Position numbers and translations under genes: made by a program. From an uncultured Acidimicrobiia bacterium (GTDB taxonomy: Bacteria > Actinomycetota > Acidimicrobiia > Spongiisociales > UBA11373): DNA of 64,000 nucleotides. Position 1 is the stretch's first letter. Each line of letters starts with the position of its first letter. This document shows, in pieces, positions 58,266 through 64,000 of this stretch. The notes under the pieces were generated by a model. It saw only the letters and a list, made by a program, of their open reading frames with translations, was not told the DNA's origin and did no database searches. The stretch covers positions 24,409 to 88,408 of the forward strand of contig CAWCKE010000006.1 of the NCBI GenBank assembly GCA_963796115.1. The letters run 5' to 3'.

Positions 58266-60010
58266 GGGCCTCCCCTCTCCGCCACATCGTACGGGACAGC
58301 CCAGTCCTGCAATGGTGCACTCGGTGAGCAGCACCCCAGGCGATGGCGAGGTCAGCGGCCCCTCAGGACCCCTGTCGAAACATGCCCACACGCCACCGTA
58401 TCGTTTGCGCTGTCGATCCACGACGAAGCAGCTAGCGCAGCGCTACCCCTGACCGCCCGCTCGGAGCACTACCAGACGCTCCCGCAGAGTGCTTCACCAG
58501 GGCGGCTCGGGATTGCCCGGCGGAGGATAGCGTCTTTCTGCTGGCCGACCTCGGGTGCTGGAGGTGAGGTCCGTGTGCTGACCCAGCCAAAGGGAAGTTA
58601 GGTTCTTTCATGCTGCAGCAGACTTTGATCTGGGCCTTCGTGTGCGTAGCTGCCGGGCCTGTGACGCATGGCGACGCCCGAACCGGGGCCGTGAGGTCCT
58701 GCGGCATCGTACATCATCGTCGCCGCGCGCTCGGCGTGAATGTCGTGTACGTGCTGGAAGCGCCCGACGGCTTCGGGAAGCCTCGGCACCGACGCTCGCT
58801 GCTCCCCTTCTAGCGCAGGGGGTTCGAGCTCTCATAGCGAAGGCGTCGGCCGTGCTCGGTCTGCTCGCGGCAGCCTTCGAGATCACCGTCGGGCTCCTGT
58901 TGATCAAGGGCGGTCGCCGCACCGAATGGGGTCTGATCGGCGGCCCAGTGGCGTCTTGCAGGCTGGAGAGCGGTGGCGGGGTCACCTTACCCCTCACGAG
59001 GCGAGCGTGGACGCGCCGCACGATTCCTGCTCGAATACCATCGGCAGCCTCGACTCGGCCTCTCATCCGCTCCGTGGGTGTGCATTCGGTAATGCACGTG
59101 GCGTGGCCACACGCGAGCGCACTCGACTTCCTCCGCGCAGCTCTACACAGCCACCCGCCGACCGCTTCCGGCGCCCTGTGATGCTCTCCTTCGAGTTGAC
59201 CAACCAGCGAGGAGGTGTACGGATGTGGCGGTTCGTGTTACATTGCGTTTCTGATCCTGCACGGTGCTCTCCATGCGGCGATCTGGGCCACGCCCAGAAC
59301 AGGAAGGCCGGGACATCGATCTGTCGGACGCGTCGATTCCTGGCTGCAGGGCGGCCTGAGAGTCCTGGCGGCTGGCACACGGCATTGCCGTCGCTGGTCG
59401 CTGGTTGCCTCCAGTGTCGGATTGTGGGCCCACGCCGAGTGGTGCGAGACCGGTTGCCGTGACCGGCCTGGCGGGTTCTTTCATCCGATCGTCTCACTTC
59501 ACCCGATAGTTCCTGCTGATCCAGGCGGTGAACCTGGCTCTCCTTGCGGCTCTCGTCTCGGGCACATGGCCCACGAAGTCCATGCTCGGCGTCTGAGGCG
59601 ATAGGTCATACAGCTTCTTCAAGTGACGTCTACCAGCAGTTGCGCAAGGGGCGGCGATCCGTTGCGGAGCCTTCAGCACCCCTGACCTCTCCCCAGTGGA
59701 TGTGCTGTTGAGCGGTACCTCGGACCTCTGGTGCCTCCCTCTTCTATCGTGCGATCGGGGTCGACCGCCGGGGAAGGTTGGCTGAGAGCAGTCGGGCAAT
59801 CGGCAGGCGGTGATTGCCGGATAGCGGCTCCGCTCGACGGCGGAGGCCTATGAGCGCTCGGGCCAGATCACCGGACACCGTCCACTGGATGCCGGCGCCA
59901 GCAGGCCCCGGTTGCCGTGATTGACGAAGCACAGCACCGGGACAACGGGCACGGCGGCCGTCTCATGGACCTGCCGGCCTTTGGCGGCCTCCCCGTCGCG
60001 CGACCCCGGC

Positions 60011-61790
60011 TCACCCCCCGGTCGGTTCCCGTTCCCAGAGGCGGCGGAACTCGGGGCTGTTCGCCAGCAGCTCTTCGAGGGTGCCCACGGCCGAGACCCG
60101 GCCGTCCTCGAGGAGCACGATCCGGTCGGCGCGGCGCAGCGCCGGGCGGCGGTGCGACACGACCAGACTGGTGGCGCCGGCCCGCTCGGCCACGAGCCGC
60201 TCCCACAGCAGCCGCTCGGTCTCCACGTCCAGGGCGCTCGACAGGTCGTCTACCACGAGCAGCTCGGGGCGCCGCAGGAACATGCGGGCGGCGGCGGCGC
60301 GCTGCACCTGCCCGCCGGAGAGGCGCACTCCCAGGGGGCCCACCATCGTCCCCAGGCCGGCGGGCATCGCGGCGAGGTCGGGTTCGAGCACCGCCGCGTG
60401 GATCGCCTCTTCCACTCGCTCTTCGGATTCGGTGCGTCCCAGCAGCAGGTTGTCCCGCAGGGTCAGGGAGAACAGGCGGGGCACCTGCGGCGTGTAGGCG
60501 GCGCGGGGCGGCACGAAGAACGAGCCGGGGTCGGCCACGGGCTCCCCGTTCCAGAGGACGGTGCCGCGATCGGCCGGCAGCAGGCCCAGGATGGCTCGCA
60601 GCAGGGTGGTCTTCCCCGAGCCTATGCGGCCGGTCACCACGGTGAACGACCCGCCCGGCAGCAGCCAGGCAGACATCTTCGATGCCCACTTCCGTGCCCG
60701 GGTAGTGGAAGGTGAGACCCTCCACCCGGAGCTCCCGGAGGGCATCCGGCGCCGCGGCGTCCACGGCCGGCTCGGGCAGGGGGCCGGTCAGGTGCAAGTC
60801 GTGGGCCTCCACCAGCCGCTGCGGAGGCGCGCCGGCCAGCAGGGTGGTCATGCGCTGCACCGACACCCTGGCCTGCTGGTAGCGGGCGATGAACATGCCG
60901 AGGATCCACACCGCCTCGCTGACGAAGCCCAGGAAGTAGACGAAGAGGGCGAAGTCGCCCACGGTGAACTCACCTGAGGTCATCGCCCGGGCGGCCACCA
61001 CCAGGATGATGCCGGTGCCGATCGACACCGAGTTCCAGAAGAGCGACTCCAGCACCTGGGTGAGGGTCTTGTCGCGCACCAGGGCGTGTCGGCGGGTGTC
61101 GTTGAGCCGGCGGAAGTGGGCGATCATCGGCTCCTCGGCCCCGGCCACCTTGACGGCCGCCACCGCGCCGAACATCTCGGCCAGCGACCCGGTGACCTGC
61201 CCGGTGGCCGCGCGCGCGGTCTCCCGGTAGCGGCGGATGCGGTCCCTGGCCAGGGCGGCGAGGTAGATCACCACGGTCATCGGCAGGAACACGAAGGCGG
61301 TGACCCGGGCGTTGATGGACGCCATGATCCCCAGCGAGAGGGGGGCGAAGAAGGCGATGCCGGCCAGGTCCACCGTCCAGCTGAGGGTCTCGTCGGCCTC
61401 CTCCACGTCCTCGCGGAAGCGGGTCATGGCCTCGCCCGGGGTCTCGGCCAGGGCCTGGGCGCCGGGCCGCTCGTAGATGCGGGCGAGCAGGTTGCGCCGC
61501 AGCAGGGTCTGGTTGCGGAAGCGGAAGTGGATGTCCACCCACATCCCCCAGGCCATGATCGAGATCCGGACGACCCCGTAGGCGGCGAGGAGGCCCACCA
61601 GCAGCGGCACGCCGAAGCCGCCGGTGGTGGCGCCGGAGATGCGGTCGAAGAAGGCGCGGGTGATCAGCCCGGGCACCACCGGCATCACGTAGATGGCCAC
61701 CCAGATGAGGGCGTTGAGCGCCCAGCGACCCTTCTGGCGGGCGATGAGGCTTCCCCCGAGCCGGGCGATCGGCAGGCGGGCCGAGGTCAT
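60011..61790 (-). pseudogene. ABC exporter, fused permease and ATP-binding half-transporter (second of a pair); one extra G near 60667-60672
   Basis: ATG 61790 overlaps the upstream stop (ATGA). The six-TM domain runs to GIEDVCL, then continues in ORF 60011..60745 as [48 protein letters not shown]. Length 1780 = 1 mod 3. Confidence 0.85.
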
Positions 61791-63544
61791 GCCAGCACCT
61801 CCTCCATGCCGGTGCGCAGCAGCGCCGAGAAGCGCGAGTTCGGGTCGGCGGCGAGCGCGGCCCGTTCGCCCCACTCCGCCACCTTCCCCGCCTCGAGGAT
61901 GAGGATGTCATCGGCCCGCTCCACCGTCGCCAGGCGGTGGGCGATGATCACCCCGGTGCGGCCGGCGAGCAGGCGGTCCACCGCCCGCTCGATGAGCGCC
62001 TCGGTGGCCGGGTCGAGCCGGGAGGAGGCCTCGTCGAGGATCACCAGGCCGGGGTCGCGCAGGAACACCCGGGCGAACGCGAGCAGCTGGGCCTGGCCGG
62101 CGGAGAGGCCGGCGGTCCCCGCCTCCAGCACGGTGTCGAGGCCCGAGGGCAGCGCCGCCGCCCAGTCACCGATGCCCAGCGAGAACAGCACCTCCCACAG
62201 GCGCTCGTCGGGAACGCCGGGGGCGAAGAAGGTCAGGTTGTCCCGCACGCTGCCCCGGAACAACTGCACCTCCTGGGTGACCATGGCGACCCGCGAGCGC
62301 AGGGCCTCGGTGGCCAGGGCGGGCAGCGGGGTCCCGCCGACGGCCACCTCGCCCTCACCCGGGTCGTAGAGGCGGGTGAGCAGGCGGGCCAGGGTGGACT
62401 TGCCGCTGCCGGTGCGCCCCAGCACGCCGAGCACCCGCCCCGGGGCGAGGGCCAGGTCCACACCCTCGAGCACGGTCTCCCCGTTGGACTCGTCGTCGCG
62501 GTAGGCGAAGCCCACCCGGCGGAACTCCACCGAGAGCGGCCCCCGGGCCAGGGTGGCCCGGCCGTTCTCTTCCAGGCGGGAGCGCAGGGCGAGCAGGTCC
62601 TGGACACGGGAGATGCCCGCCCCGGCCTTCTGCAGGACCTCCATCTGCTGGCGGATCTGCTCGAGCGGCTCCCGCATCATGTCGCTGTAGTGGAACACCA
62701 GGTAGACCGCGCCGATGGTGAGGGTGCCGGCCTGCAGGCCCTGCCACCCCAGCCAGAACACCAGGGCCATCCCCACGATGAGGTAGGTGAGGATGCTCCA
62801 GCCCCACAGGGCGGCGAAGCCCATGCGGGCCCGGACCTGTTCGGGGAGCCAGGCGCGCATCACCCGGGTGAAGCGGTGCATCATGAAGGGGACGCCGCCG
62901 CTGGCCCGCACGTCCTCGGTGCCGGCCAGTTGCTCTCCCAGGAAGCCGAAGAACTCGGCGCTGCGGGCACGCATCGCCTTCCACCAGGGGATGGCCACCG
63001 TCTGGATGGCGAGCATGCCGACCAGCACCAGGACCGCCCAGCCGGTCATCGTCAGGCCCACCCAGACGCTCTCCCGCCAGAGCAGGGCGAGCACGGCCAC
63101 CACCAGCACCAGGTTGCCCAGGACCCGGATGACGAACGAGGCGAAGAACTCGGACAGGGTGGTGACGTCGCCGTCGACGCGCTCGATCAGCTCCCCCGGG
63201 GTGTGCCCCTTGTGGAAGCCCATGTCGAGCCGGAGCAGGTGCTCGGCGAGGTCGGCTCGCAACTCGTTGGTGGCCCGCCACCCCACCTGCTCGGCGATGT
63301 AGGTGGCGGCCACGTTGAGGATCTGATGGCCCACGGCCAGGGCGGTGAAGCCGGCCGCCAGGGTGAGCAGACCGCCCAGGGAGCCGCCGGAGGTGGCCCG
63401 GTCGATGAAGGCGCGGATCAGCTGCGGGTTCACCGCCTGGCAGGCGATGCCGGCGAGCAGGACCGCGCTCAGCAGCGCCACGCGGGCCCGCAGGGGCCGC
63501 AGGTATCTGCGGAGCAGTCTCAGGTAGGCACGGATGGGGACCAT
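61787..63544 (-). CDS. ABC exporter, fused permease and ATP-binding half-transporter (first of a pair)
   Basis: 585 aa. TM domain, then GRTGSGKSTLARLL, LSAGQAQLLAFARV, LVILDEASSRLD, IIAHRL. Confidence 0.9.
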   Translation of the reverse strand: MVPIRAYLRLLRRYLRPLRARVALLSAVLLAGIACQAVNPQLIRAFIDRATSGGSLGGLLTLAAGFTALAVGHQILNVAATYIAEQVGWRATNELRADLAEHLLRLDMGFHKGHTPGELIERVDGDVTTLSEFFASFVIRVLGNLVLVVAVLALLWRESVWVGLTMTGWAVLVLVGMLAIQTVAIPWWKAMRARSAEFFGFLGEQLAGTEDVRASGGVPFMMHRFTRVMRAWLPEQVRARMGFAALWGWSILTYLIVGMALVFWLGWQGLQAGTLTIGAVYLVFHYSDMMREPLEQIRQQMEVLQKAGAGISRVQDLLALRSRLEENGRATLARGPLSVEFRRVGFAYRDDESNGETVLEGVDLALAPGRVLGVLGRTGSGKSTLARLLTRLYDPGEGEVAVGGTPLPALATEALRSRVAMVTQEVQLFRGSVRDNLTFFAPGVPDERLWEVLFSLGIGDWAAALPSGLDTVLEAGTAGLSAGQAQLLAFARVFLRDPGLVILDEASSRLDPATEALIERAVDRLLAGRTGVIIAHRLATVERADDILILEAGKVAEWGERAALAADPNSRFSALLRTGMEEVLA

Positions 63545-63779
63545 GGGATTCCTCGGGGACGGCCGCGCGTCGCGGCGCGGTGGGGGGAGGGGAGAGCGAC
63601 GACCAGCGCGGGCTCAGCGCCCGGGCGGGCTGGATCCGGCGACCGATTCGGTCAGCAGGACCCTTCTGGCGTCTTGAATCTCATGCAGGTCTCCGCGGCG
63701 GGGACTCTCCCAGGCATCGGGGAATCTGTCAAGCCGGGGGTCGACGGAGGTTCCCCCCGGCCCCGCTACCCTCCCGCCG

Positions 63780-64000
63780 GTGACCGACATCCTCAGCCTG
63801 CACATCTCCCGCGAGCTGATCGCCGACGCGCGTCGCCGAGCTGGCGCAGCGCATCGATGCCGACTATCGCCGGAGCAGGGCGAGCTCGTGCTGATCGGCG
63901 TGCTCAAGGGGTCCTTCATCTTCCTCGCCGACCTGGTCCGCCGCCTCACGATCCCCCATCGGGTCGAGTTCATCGCCGTCTCCTCTTACGGCGACCGGGA
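63780..64000 (+). pseudogene. hpt: hypoxanthine phosphoribosyltransferase, 3' end outside window; two compensating frame breaks (about 63826-63836 and 63866-63880)
   Basis: [39 protein letters not shown] is canonical HPRT. The preceding conserved [14 protein letters not shown] is readable only in the adjacent frame. GTG 63780 is the tentative start. Confidence 0.7.

Larger units (their letters stand above)
54900..59950. other. compositionally atypical island (lower G+C), with a DUF222-HNH gene, small orphan genes, a nonsense-interrupted lipoprotein gene and ~1.4 kb without convincing coding
   Basis: My base counts on single 60-nt lines: 55% G+C at 58561-58620 and 53% at 59581-59640, against 73% at 24301-24360. 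The alternate-frame Arg/Pro-rich ORF artefacts that pervade the rest of the window thin out here. The boundaries are approximate. Confidence 0.5.

Noticed and set aside
58815-58840. tRNA-like T-loop sequence (gggGGTTCGAGCtct) that could mark an integration site.
   Set aside because: No complementary T-stem, acceptor stem or anticodon arm can be built around it.

Overview
High-GC (about 70% or more by eye) chromosomal segment. Gene content points to Actinomycetota: a clpS-DUF2017 pair, mec-cysO-cysM, a DUF385 F420-type reductase, DUF3105 and a DUF222-HNH gene. I support about 65 genes.

Left to right:
- proC, proline dehydrogenase, a TPM-like membrane protein with pspA, and a membrane-anchored HdrD-like Fe-S oxidoreductase
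- an orphan SPPY (m4C-type) DNA methyltransferase, an ABC-2 exporter, and a compact monoderm Tad/Flp pilus operon (9.9-15.7 kb)
- HTH-clpS-DUF2017, a heavily frame-broken pntAA-pntAB-pntB operon, an eRF1/Pelota-like protein, and mocA
- DAHP synthase, glnE, gpsA, an RTX/FG-GAP secreted protein, and PhoH2
- the mec-cysO-cysM-moeZ sulfur-carrier cysteine pathway and an RRM glycine-rich RNA-binding protein
- a MerR/GyrI regulator coupled to a BtrH_N-like protein
- a long minus-strand cluster: 8-oxoguanine deaminase, XRE, three-subunit xanthine-dehydrogenase-family enzyme, ino1, dpaL, GNAT
- a lower-GC island (about 54.9-59.9 kb) with a DUF222-HNH gene and decayed or unassignable sequence
- two half-ABC exporters and the start of hpt

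No rRNA, tRNA or CRISPR was found.

The dominant oddity is about 30 reading-frame breaks. Nearly all are single extra bases in short G/C runs, they are about tenfold enriched in the pnt operon, and several form compensating pairs. This looks more like consensus error than biology but needs read-level checking.

The candidates I rank highest for novelty are the eRF1-like gene, the MerR-BtrH_N module, the orphan methyltransferase and the island. None is a demonstrably new system from sequence alone.
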